Of a stretch of 61,470 nucleotides of DNA, positions 1 through 7,577 are shown piece by piece. The stretch's first letter is position 1, and each line of letters starts with the position of its first letter. The notes below the pieces were generated by a model that saw nothing but the letters and a program-made list of their open reading frames with translations, was not told where the DNA came from and did not search any database. The position numbers and the translations under genes are program-made. This DNA comes from an uncultured Oceanicoccus sp. (lineage in GTDB: Bacteria > Pseudomonadota > Gammaproteobacteria > Pseudomonadales > Dasaniaceae): the NCBI RefSeq assembly GCF_963968385.1, contig NZ_CAXAHB010000001.1, positions 1 through 61,470 on the forward strand, in the 5' to 3' direction.

Positions 1-120
1 TTGTTCATCTTGAACATAGCTCAGGTTGATTTTACCGTAAGTTACAATATCGCCAGCATTAGCTGAAGACGCCATAACTGTAGCGGCAGCGATGGCAGCA
101 GGTAATAATTTATAGTTCAT
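1..120 (-). CDS. Outer-membrane porin, N-terminus only (runs off the window)
   Basis: Reverse strand reads MNYKLLPAAIAAATVMASSANA-GDIVTYGKINLSYVQDEQ: Sec signal peptide then a porin-like 'vt.YGki' first strand; GGGAG RBS upstream of ATG at 120. Confidence 0.7.
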   Translation of the reverse strand, partial: MNYKLLPAAIAAATVMASSANAGDIVTYGKINLSYVQDEQ

Positions 121-320
121 CAGTTTGTCTCCCAAAAGTTTATTTTTATAGCACTGGTATTACACGCTATGTTAAATATCATTCCAAAACCGACACCCTG
201 TAGGTTTTGAATAAATCGATTGTGCAACATAGATATTTCAGAAATATGACAACTTGAGCATATTTTGAAGTCCAGAAAAGTATAGTTGAATTAGGTAAGA
301 AATCTAATTTATCCATTGAT

Positions 321-333
321 AATCAAGTATTTA
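321..333 (+). promoter_or_regulatory. IHF-consensus site in the porin/ORF divergent region
   Basis: AATCAAGTATTTA matches WATCAANNNNTTR; AT-rich context makes a chance match possible. Confidence 0.35.
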
Positions 334-546
334 GCATGAATAAGTGCTGGCGTATGATTACTGGCTCAATTGTCATGGTGCTAATAGTAACGCTATGTAA
401 AAATTTTTATTCGATTTAATGAGTTTTAAGGGATAATTATTTGTGAAATAAAAGCCAATCAAGAGTCTTTTAGTTGGTACCTATGCTGTTTGCAGTCTAT
501 GTTCAGTGTCTTGGTTGTCATTTATTGTTAGTGTGTGGGAGGCAAT

Positions 547-1161
547 GTGGGTCTTATTTCAGATATTATTTTAAAGAATGCTGAAGCCTTGTTATCAGCT
601 TTTAAGCGTATCGATTTTCAAAAGGTTCTCAGTCATGACGTCTTAGAGGTGGAGAAGTTGAAGGATGTTTTGAATTCTTTGCAGATAGCTTTTAAACGCC
701 CAACTGAACCGCTTGATTATTATACTAGCAATGCCAACGCCTCCGATCAGAATCTTTTACCCTTGAATAGTGTCACCGAATTAGATGCGACTGATCAGTC
801 CAGTCAATTGAATAGCCCTTTTAAGAGCAGGGATGACATTATCTCAGCCCTGGCTGTGGCAGGTTTTGCGGATAGAGTCGGGTTGGTTTACAGCAGTTTT
901 TCAGATTCTCGGACTTTGGATTTTACTCAAACCCAGCATTGTCGCGGTTTACCATCGTTTGAGGTGGTGGTTGCACCAGATTTTGCCCCAGTCTCTGGCG
1001 TACATGGTGTATTTATTTCAACCACAGACATTATGTCGATTATTTTGCCAGCAGATCATGTCAATGGTGACTGGCAAATACTGAAAAGAAAAAGCTTTAC
1101 GAACCGTAAAGCCATGATGGATTTCTTATCACTGGTTTTAACAGGTTTTGATTTGCCTTAG
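547..1161 (+). CDS. Hypothetical protein
   Basis: 204-aa ORF; GGAGG precedes GTG at 547; no motif recognised. Confidence 0.5.
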   Translation: MGLISDIILKNAEALLSAFKRIDFQKVLSHDVLEVEKLKDVLNSLQIAFKRPTEPLDYYTSNANASDQNLLPLNSVTELDATDQSSQLNSPFKSRDDIISALAVAGFADRVGLVYSSFSDSRTLDFTQTQHCRGLPSFEVVVAPDFAPVSGVHGVFISTTDIMSIILPADHVNGDWQILKRKSFTNRKAMMDFLSLVLTGFDLP

Positions 1162-1169
1162 GAGCTATA

Positions 1170-1204
1170 TTGTCCACAGTTTCTGTGGATAACTTGGTGG
1201 ATAA
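1170..1204 (+). promoter_or_regulatory. DnaA-box triplet, DARS-like core A
   Basis: TTGTCCACA(1170-78)-gtttc-TGTGGATAA(1184-92)-ctt-GGTGGATAA(1196-1204). Confidence 0.8.
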
Positions 1205-1254
1205 GGTGTTGGATTTGGACGTTAGCTCATAACTAGCCTTAAGGCAGTTAAATT

Positions 1255-1269
1255 GTTTAAAAAATAATC
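1255..1269. promoter_or_regulatory. Fis-like site (module A)
   Basis: GTTTAAAAAATAATC fits GNtYAaWWWtTRaNC with one weak-position mismatch. Confidence 0.55.
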
Positions 1270-1290
1270 ATATTGATATAAATCCTTTTA

Positions 1291-1303
1291 TATCAATAGT
1301 TTA
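1291..1303 (+). promoter_or_regulatory. IHF site (module A)
   Basis: TATCAATAGTTTA is an exact WATCAANNNNTTR match; it overlaps a 12-bp inverted repeat (1271-82/1287-98). Confidence 0.65.
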
Positions 1304-1373
1304 TAATTATAAGTTAAAGTTATTTTATTGATATGATAAATTCCTTACTCCTTCCCAAGAAAAAAAACAAGGG

Positions 1374-1382
1374 TGTGAATAA
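1374..1382 (-). promoter_or_regulatory. Distal DnaA box (module A)
   Basis: TGTGAATAA = TTATTCACA on the minus strand, matching TTATNCACA. Confidence 0.6.
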
Positions 1383-1779
1383 GTTTTTTTAAGAAAGCTT
1401 CTTTATATTGTCATCTTGTTTCAAATAATAACAGTCTTGTTGTTTATCCAGCTGATCCTGAGCTTAAATTCATCATGGCTAGTCATTTTAATAAATGCAG
1501 CCATTACTGCATGTGTCTTTAACTTCCCAGTTCAGCGACTAAGGTTTTCCCTAGTTGGGTATTCCAAGCCGGTAGTATTATTTAGATAATAAGATAATCA
1601 TTCTGGATAGAGCTTTCAGACTTTATTGCCTTAGTAGGGGGGTTAAGTTCAGCATGATTTCTGGTGTTTAAAGCACAGAAAATGAACCCTATATCGAAGT
1701 CATATTTATCTAAAAAATGCCTATAAAACAATCGATTAGTGCTATTTAAAAAAAATAGCCACTTTTTCTATCTAGAGGT

Positions 1780-1812
1780 TTGACAAGAAAAGCCATTACT
1801 GTAGAATGCGCC
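1780..1812 (+). promoter_or_regulatory. sigma70 stable-RNA promoter of tRNA-Val/Asp
   Basis: TTGACA-16-TAGAAT followed by the GC-rich discriminator GCGCC; A/T tracts upstream. Confidence 0.8.
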
Positions 1813-1824
1813 AACGTTCGGGAG

Positions 1825-1900
1825 GGGTGATTAGCTCAGCTGGGAGAGCATCGCCCTTACAAGGCGAGGGTCGGCGGTTCGATCCCGTCATCACCCACCA
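1825..1900 (+). tRNA. tRNA-Val(TAC)
   Basis: GGGTGATTAGCTCAG...CT-TAC-AA...GGTTCGATCC...CACCCACCA, 76-nt cloverleaf. Confidence 0.98.
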
Positions 1901-2004
1901 CTTTCGAATGGTTTTAAAGTTTAACTTTCCTGTTCAAACTTCATGTTGCTTCAGTGTTGACATACTGAGCCTCTTGCACAGAGGGAAGCAACGACCGGTT
2001 ATGC

Positions 2005-2081
2005 GGACCGGTAGTTCAGTTGGTTAGAATGCCGGCCTGTCACGCCGGAGGTCGCGGGTTCGAGTCCCGTCCGGTCCGCCA
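2005..2081 (+). tRNA. tRNA-Asp(GTC)
   Basis: GGACCGGTAGTTCAG...CT-GTC-AC...GGTTCGAGTCC...GTCCGCCA, 77 nt. Confidence 0.98.
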
Positions 2082-2606
2082 CTTTGTCAATGTTTTTTTC
2101 TATTTAAGTATTTGCCAGGCTCAAAACCCCGAAGGCTCTTAATTTGTACCTAAGAGTTACCAAGCCGTTGGTTTGCTGGCTGACCTGTTTTGTTGGTTGT
2201 TTGGAAATTCGACTTCCGAGTAATGTTAGTCCAGCAAAAGAAATAATATTTCAAAAAAATAGGATCAATTACGCAAGCTAAAATCTTGTCTCTAATCGTT
2301 TACCCTAGTAATTAAGTCATTTTTTCACTATTTCAAAGTTATTACCTTAGTAATCTACGCTATATTACATTCACATTTTGGGTATCGTTTTTTTCAACGG
2401 GCAATTGTTAAATAAAAAGTGTTTAGTTAAAAAAATGACGGTGGGTATGCATTTTCAGGCGACTTTTAAGTCCATAACGGAAAGCTTCTTCAGGGTTTTA
2501 TTTGATGTTATAGCTTTATCGTCCAGATAATTAGCGGACTAATTTTACAAATAAGCCTTTTTTATTGCCTTTGCAGGTCATTGGGCACTAACTTTTTCTC
2601 TGGACG

Positions 2607-2615
2607 TTATGCACA
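2607..2615 (+). promoter_or_regulatory. Distal DnaA box (module B)
   Basis: TTATGCACA matches TTATNCACA; mirror position of 1374-1382. Confidence 0.6.
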
Positions 2616-2684
2616 CTCTAAAATGTCGATTTATTTTTCGAGTCAATTTTTTGTCATTTTGCCTGCATACGTGTGCAAATTTCT

Positions 2685-2697
2685 TAAGTTATTGATT
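2685..2697 (-). promoter_or_regulatory. IHF site (module B)
   Basis: TAAGTTATTGATT is the exact reverse consensus; a second exact site AATCAATTAGTTG lies at 2728-2740 (+). Confidence 0.65.
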
Positions 2698-2716
2698 AAT
2701 AAGGAATTAATAAGCT

Positions 2717-2731
2717 GATTAAAATTTAATC
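2717..2731. promoter_or_regulatory. Fis-like site (module B)
   Basis: GATTAAAATTTAATC, a symmetric match to GNtYAaWWWtTRaNC. Confidence 0.6.
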
Positions 2732-2782
2732 AATTAGTTGTAAGTCTTGATTTGTTGGGGCTTGAACTGACGTTACTTTCAC

Positions 2783-2817
2783 TTATCCCCGAACTTATCC
2801 ACAGATTTTGTGGATAA
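2783..2817 (-). promoter_or_regulatory. DnaA-box triplet, DARS-like core B (inverted relative to A)
   Basis: Minus strand reads TTATCCACA-aaatc-TGTGGATAA-gtt-CGGGGATAA. Confidence 0.8.
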
Positions 2818-3114
2818 TTTTTTTAAACATCAACCATAGCTCAATTAAACAGGTTTATGACCTGACCAATTCCTCGTATTCCACTCTCTACCACAGCTTT
2901 ACTGCTTGCCAGATTCTTCGTTGATGATTAATTTTTAAATTCCAGCGAGCTAACAGTTTCACTTCAGCTTATAGGCCTGGCTTGGTGCGCCAAGATTAAG
3001 TTGATTTTTTATTAATGCACTAGTCATCAAAAGCTTTATATAGCATCCATAGTGAGGCTGCGGCATAATCAGCCTGCAATCAAATTTTTTACTCAAGTCG
3101 GCAGGGGAGACTCA

Positions 3115-3738
3115 ATGAAACAAGCGTTTGTCACAATGTTAGGTATGCAGGATAAGATGAATCAGAAGGTGCATGCTGACTGGATTACGCAGGAATTTGA
3201 GTGGTATCGGGCCATCTGGATCGAGTGCGGTGAGTTAGTTGAGCACTATGGCTATAAGTGGTGGAAGAAGCAGCTACCTGATATGGATCAAGTTAAGCTT
3301 GAGGTGATTGATATCTGGCATTTTGGTATGAGTGCCCTTTTTAGTGAGGGTGTCACCGTTGATGATCTTGCTGGGCTAATGGAACAACAGTTGGACGGTT
3401 ATCAGTATCGTGGTCATGGGGTTCGTGAGGCCACTGAAGCGCTTGCACAGCATACTCTTGAGAGCAAAAGCTTTTCAGTCTCTCTGTTCTGGGATTTGCT
3501 AAATGCCGTGGAGATGGATTTTGATCAGTTATATCGCCAGTACGTGGGTAAAAATGTGTTGAATTTCTTCCGTCAGGATAATGGCTATAAAGATGGCTCT
3601 TATATCAAGCAATGGCAGGGCCGTGAAGATAATGAACATCTAGTCGATATTCTGGCCGAGCTGGATAGCAGTGCTGCAAACTACAGTGAGACAGTTTACC
3701 AATCACTGCAGCAGCGTTATGAGTCACTAACAGCCTAA
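3115..3738 (+). CDS. Dimeric (all-alpha) dUTP diphosphatase, dUTPase_2 family
   Basis: Motifs ECGEL..H.GYKWWKK, LEVIDIWHF, KN.LNFFRQDNGY; GGGGAG RBS before ATG 3115. Confidence 0.85.
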   Translation: MKQAFVTMLGMQDKMNQKVHADWITQEFEWYRAIWIECGELVEHYGYKWWKKQLPDMDQVKLEVIDIWHFGMSALFSEGVTVDDLAGLMEQQLDGYQYRGHGVREATEALAQHTLESKSFSVSLFWDLLNAVEMDFDQLYRQYVGKNVLNFFRQDNGYKDGSYIKQWQGREDNEHLVDILAELDSSAANYSETVYQSLQQRYESLTA

Positions 3739-3757
3739 CGCTGTATGGACGTTGCCA

Positions 3758-4657
3758 ATGGATGACAAGCCCCAACCAGATACGCCGCAAAAATTATCCA
3801 CCAGCGCCTTGGCCAAGCTGTTGGATGTCCCCTCGCAACAACTATTTGCCACCTTGAAGGACTACGGCTGGATTCGCAAGTCGGAAGAGGGTTGGTCGCT
3901 AAGCTCCAAAGGAGAGTTTGAAGGCGGTGAATATATTCATAGCAAGCGCTATGGTCGTTATATTGTTTGGCCTGAAGAACTGGCAGCCCACCCGTTATTA
4001 TTGGCGTTGGAAGATAGCCGGCATATTTCTGCAACTATTATTGGCAAAACAGTTGGGCTGAATGCTCGCGAAGTTAACCGCATTTTGTCCGAACTTGGCT
4101 GGATTAAACATGGTTTTCAGGGCTGGGAACTGACGGCAATTGGTGAGCAGTGCGGTGGTGTTCAATTGGAAAATGACAGCAGTGGCACCTTCTATGTCGT
4201 TTGGCCGCAGGATATCCAGAATCATCAAGCGCTAAACAGGCAGTTGATGTTCTCAGCGGAGGTCTATGCTCCTCCCGCTGCTGAATCTGGCGATATGTTT
4301 GCTAGCCAAAGCCAATACCAAGGTCTGGATGGTCGCCAACATAGTAGCAAAGCCCATTTACAAATCTCTCACTGGTTATATATGGCGGGTATTGCTCACG
4401 CCTGCCAGCGTGATTTGCCTTTTGTGGATAAAGAAAACCAGCCGCCGCTAAAGGCAGATTTTTATCTACCGGCGCATCAGTTATATATTGAATGCTGGGA
4501 TGATGCTGAGGGTTCAACCCTTAACCAGCGTATGCAGCGTAAGGCTATCTATCAGCAGCATGGCTGCACGGTGATTGATATTGAAAAAGAAGACCTTGAG
4601 CAGTTGGATGAGGTATTAACCCGTCAATTGCGCAAACAGGGTATTCGGGTGTACTAA
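3758..4657 (+). CDS. DNA-binding protein: two antirepressor (KilAC)-like winged-helix repeats plus a C-terminal PD-(D/E)xK-like domain
   Basis: Internal repeat LSTSALAK..L...GWI.....GW.L...GE..GG...YIVWP / ISATIIGK..L..LGWI.....GW.LT..GE..GG...YVVWP; C-terminal ADFYLP...YIECW. Confidence 0.6.
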   Translation: MDDKPQPDTPQKLSTSALAKLLDVPSQQLFATLKDYGWIRKSEEGWSLSSKGEFEGGEYIHSKRYGRYIVWPEELAAHPLLLALEDSRHISATIIGKTVGLNAREVNRILSELGWIKHGFQGWELTAIGEQCGGVQLENDSSGTFYVVWPQDIQNHQALNRQLMFSAEVYAPPAAESGDMFASQSQYQGLDGRQHSSKAHLQISHWLYMAGIAHACQRDLPFVDKENQPPLKADFYLPAHQLYIECWDDAEGSTLNQRMQRKAIYQQHGCTVIDIEKEDLEQLDEVLTRQLRKQGIRVY

Positions 4658-5047
4658 ATGAAAAATCGCTTGATCGCTTTGTGCTTGGTTCTATTAGTCC
4701 TGTTATCAGGGTTGATTTACAAGGTTTGGCAATCGCGGCAAGTGACCGTTTATACACTTGAAGTCAGCAACCAAAGCACCGAAACGGTAGATTATATTAG
4801 GCTGTTCGGTAGTGGTGCTCAGAATGACTCGATCGTTAAATCGTTAATGCCGGGGCGTTCCGTAGCTGTTTCGGTGACCTTAAAAAAGCAAGGTGAATTG
4901 AAATTCGAGGTATCTCAAGCGGGTAGTAAGATTGATACCTTTGTTGACAAGGATGTCACAGCAATCGATTCCTTTCGTCAACGGCTGTTTGTCTACCCTG
5001 ATCATCGCTATATGCTCAGTGATGATGGCTTATTGCGTTCCGATTAA
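4658..5047 (+). CDS. Hypothetical N-terminally membrane-anchored protein
   Basis: Basic N-terminus, hydrophobic helix, beta-rich remainder; abuts the upstream stop (TAAATG). Confidence 0.65.
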   Translation: MKNRLIALCLVLLVLLSGLIYKVWQSRQVTVYTLEVSNQSTETVDYIRLFGSGAQNDSIVKSLMPGRSVAVSVTLKKQGELKFEVSQAGSKIDTFVDKDVTAIDSFRQRLFVYPDHRYMLSDDGLLRSD

Positions 5048-5326
5048 CTGCTCAATTTCTTCTAACAATTCAAAGTCTAGCTGGCTAATGCCGCCTGCAT
5101 CATGTGTGGTTAAATACATTTCTACAGTACGGTAAACATTACTCCATTCAGGGTGATGATTTATTTTCTCTGCAACTAAAGCGACTTGGGTCATAAAGCC
5201 AAAGGCCTGAACAAAGTCTGCAAAGATCACCCGACGGTAGAGTTTGTTATCTTGTAATACCCACTCAGTATGCGATTTTAGACGAGCCTCAATCTCGGCT
5301 TCACTTAAAGCAACCATCTCATTCAT
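5030..5326 (-). CDS. phhB: Pterin-4-alpha-carbinolamine dehydratase
   Basis: F.DF..AF.FM..VA..AEK.NHHPEW.NVY..V...LTTHDAGG signature. Confidence 0.92.
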   Translation of the reverse strand: MNEMVALSEAEIEARLKSHTEWVLQDNKLYRRVIFADFVQAFGFMTQVALVAEKINHHPEWSNVYRTVEMYLTTHDAGGISQLDFELLEEIEQLIGTQ

Positions 5327-5338
5327 ACGCGACCTATT

Positions 5339-6448
5339 TTAGTCTATTGAGTTTGCCTTAAGCATAACACCACACTCAATATGATCGGTATAGGGGAATT
5401 GATCAAAGATGGCAAATTTAATAATCCGATGACTTTTGCAAAGTGTTGTTAGGTTGTCATACAGCGTATCGGGATTACAGGAGATATAGAAAATAGTATC
5501 AAACTGGCTGATCAGCTTTTCAGTCAATGTATCCAGACCAGCGCGAGGTGGGTCGACTAATACCGTGGAGAATTGGTAACTGCTTAGATCGATATCTTTA
5601 AGCCGTCGAAAGGCTCGCTCACCAGCTAGGGCTGAGGAAAAATCCTCGCTAGACATTCGGACAACTTCCACATTATTAATATCGTTTAGTTTAAAGTTAT
5701 ATTTTGCTGATTTGACCGAGGTTTTGGAAATTTCTGTAGCCAGTACCCGGTTAAAGTTTTGCGCGAGTACAGTTGTGAAATTGCCATTGCCGCAATAGAG
5801 TTCAACCAGATCACCCCCTAACGGTCGTGAATTATCCAGCGCCCATGTCAGCATCTTTTGGTTTACGGTGGCATTGGGTTGGGTAAAACTGTTCTCTACT
5901 TGCTGGAAATTATAGTGTTTATCGTTAACGGTCAGTGTTTCAGTCACATAGTCCTGGCTAAGCACTAATCGTTGTTTTTTACTGCGACCAATAATGTTAA
6001 TTTGTAACTGCTGCTGTAGTTGCTCTGCTAATTGTCGCCAGTCATCCCCCAAGGCCTTGTGGTAAATCATGCTCACCAGCGCCTGACCGCTGAGGGTGGT
6101 TAAAAATTCTATTTGGAATAGTTTGCTACGCAGTAATGGAGATGGTTTTATCGCTGCCATCAATACATCCATCAAGCCGGTAATTGTCTTTGAGCCAATG
6201 GTAAAATGGTCAATTTTTACCGGTCGTCTGGGCTCGGCCTGATTAAACATCACATAGTATGAATCATCGTCTTGATGCCAGATTTTAAATTCAGCTCGTA
6301 CTCGAAAATGCAGTGCCGGAGAGTCATAGACTTCCAGTGCGGGTGGTAAAAACTCACTGAATTGCTGGCTAATTCGTTGAGTTTTGGCGTTAAGCTGTTG
6401 CTGGTAATTAGCCGGATCGACTTTGCTAAGAGGCATATTTTGGGCCAT
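5339..6448 (-). CDS. trmA: tRNA (uracil-54-C5)-methyltransferase
   Basis: R.RAEFKIWH, FTQPN, ELYCGNGNF, VDPPRAG, YISCNP, DQFPYTDHIECG. Confidence 0.95.
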   Translation of the reverse strand: MAQNMPLSKVDPANYQQQLNAKTQRISQQFSEFLPPALEVYDSPALHFRVRAEFKIWHQDDDSYYVMFNQAEPRRPVKIDHFTIGSKTITGLMDVLMAAIKPSPLLRSKLFQIEFLTTLSGQALVSMIYHKALGDDWRQLAEQLQQQLQINIIGRSKKQRLVLSQDYVTETLTVNDKHYNFQQVENSFTQPNATVNQKMLTWALDNSRPLGGDLVELYCGNGNFTTVLAQNFNRVLATEISKTSVKSAKYNFKLNDINNVEVVRMSSEDFSSALAGERAFRRLKDIDLSSYQFSTVLVDPPRAGLDTLTEKLISQFDTIFYISCNPDTLYDNLTTLCKSHRIIKFAIFDQFPYTDHIECGVMLKANSID

Positions 6449-6556
6449 CTAGTAAATAGTGCGGGCATTATAGTGAATTTATTGGCTTGATGCGTAATGA
6501 AATCCACCGGTTTTTTGACTACAATCTGTTGGTATTATTTTTAGGAATTGTGAAGC

Positions 6557-7573
6557 ATGAAGGTATTAGTAACGGGTGGTGCGGGTTATATCGGCAGTCA
6601 TACATGTATTGAACTACTGACGGCCGGTCATGACGTTATTGTGGTTGATAATCTGTCTAACAGTCATTTTGAGTCGCTAAAACGTGTGCAGGAAATTACT
6701 GGGCGAGAGCTGGTTTTCCATCAGGCCGATATTCGCGATTTCGCGGCTCTAGAGTCTATTTTTAGCCAAAACAAAATCGATGCAGTGATTCATTTCGCTG
6801 GCCTAAAAGCGGTGGGCGAGTCGGTTAGCAAACCCTCTCTTTACTATCAAAATAATATTTATGGCACCTTGGTTCTTTGTGATGTCATGACAAAGTATGA
6901 AGTGTTTAATCTGGTGTTTAGCTCTTCTGCAACGGTCTATGGTGATCCGGCCTCTGTACCTATTACTGAAAGCTTCCCCCTATCAGCTACCAACCCCTAT
7001 GGTCGATCCAAGTTAATCATTGAAGAAATTTTACGAGACCTAAACGTATCGGACGACCGTTGGAATGCCGTGCTGTTACGTTATTTTAATCCTGTGGGTG
7101 CTCATGCCAGTGGTCTTATCGGTGAAGACCCCAATGGTATTCCAAACAATTTAATGCCTTATATTACCCAAGTAGCTGTAGGTAAGCTTGAAGCTCTGAA
7201 TGTGTTTGGTAGTGATTACGATACGGTCGATGGTACCGGGGTTAGAGATTATATCCATGTTGTGGATTTGGCCTTGGGCCATCTAAAGGCATTGGATAAA
7301 TTAGCGTCCAATCCTGGTGCGGTAGCTTATAACTTGGGCACTGGCACCGGTTATTCAGTACTGCAAATGGTAGCTGCTTTTGAAAAGGCGTCGGGTAAAA
7401 CGGTGCCCTATAATCTGGTTGATCGACGAGCGGGTGATGTGGCCAGTTGTTATGCGGATCCGGCCCTTGCCAAACAAGAGCTTAACTGGACAGCGCAATT
7501 GGGTATTGAAGAAATGACCCGCGACAGCTGGCATTGGCAGAGCCAGAACCCTGACGGCTATAGTGATAGTTGA
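6557..7573 (+). CDS. galE: UDP-glucose 4-epimerase
   Basis: [44 protein letters not shown]. Confidence 0.96.
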   Translation: MKVLVTGGAGYIGSHTCIELLTAGHDVIVVDNLSNSHFESLKRVQEITGRELVFHQADIRDFAALESIFSQNKIDAVIHFAGLKAVGESVSKPSLYYQNNIYGTLVLCDVMTKYEVFNLVFSSSATVYGDPASVPITESFPLSATNPYGRSKLIIEEILRDLNVSDDRWNAVLLRYFNPVGAHASGLIGEDPNGIPNNLMPYITQVAVGKLEALNVFGSDYDTVDGTGVRDYIHVVDLALGHLKALDKLASNPGAVAYNLGTGTGYSVLQMVAAFEKASGKTVPYNLVDRRAGDVASCYADPALAKQELNWTAQLGIEEMTRDSWHWQSQNPDGYSDS

Positions 7574-7577
7574 TTAT

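Noticed and set aside
150-177. Possible dif site (CTATGTTAAAT resembles the XerD arm)
   Set aside because: No XerC arm at the right spacing.
1587-1605. Fur-box-like TAATAAGATAATCATTCTG
   Set aside because: Only about 13/19 match in very AT-rich DNA, with no iron-related gene positioned downstream.
1806-2027. 73-aa ORF in the track
   Set aside because: Overlaps tRNA-Val and tRNA-Asp; spurious.
1170-2817. DnaA-box clusters as oriC
   Set aside because: No dnaA, gidA or parAB context, no obvious 13-mer DUE repeats or GATC clustering; the geometry fits a DARS core better. Not fully excluded without GC skew.
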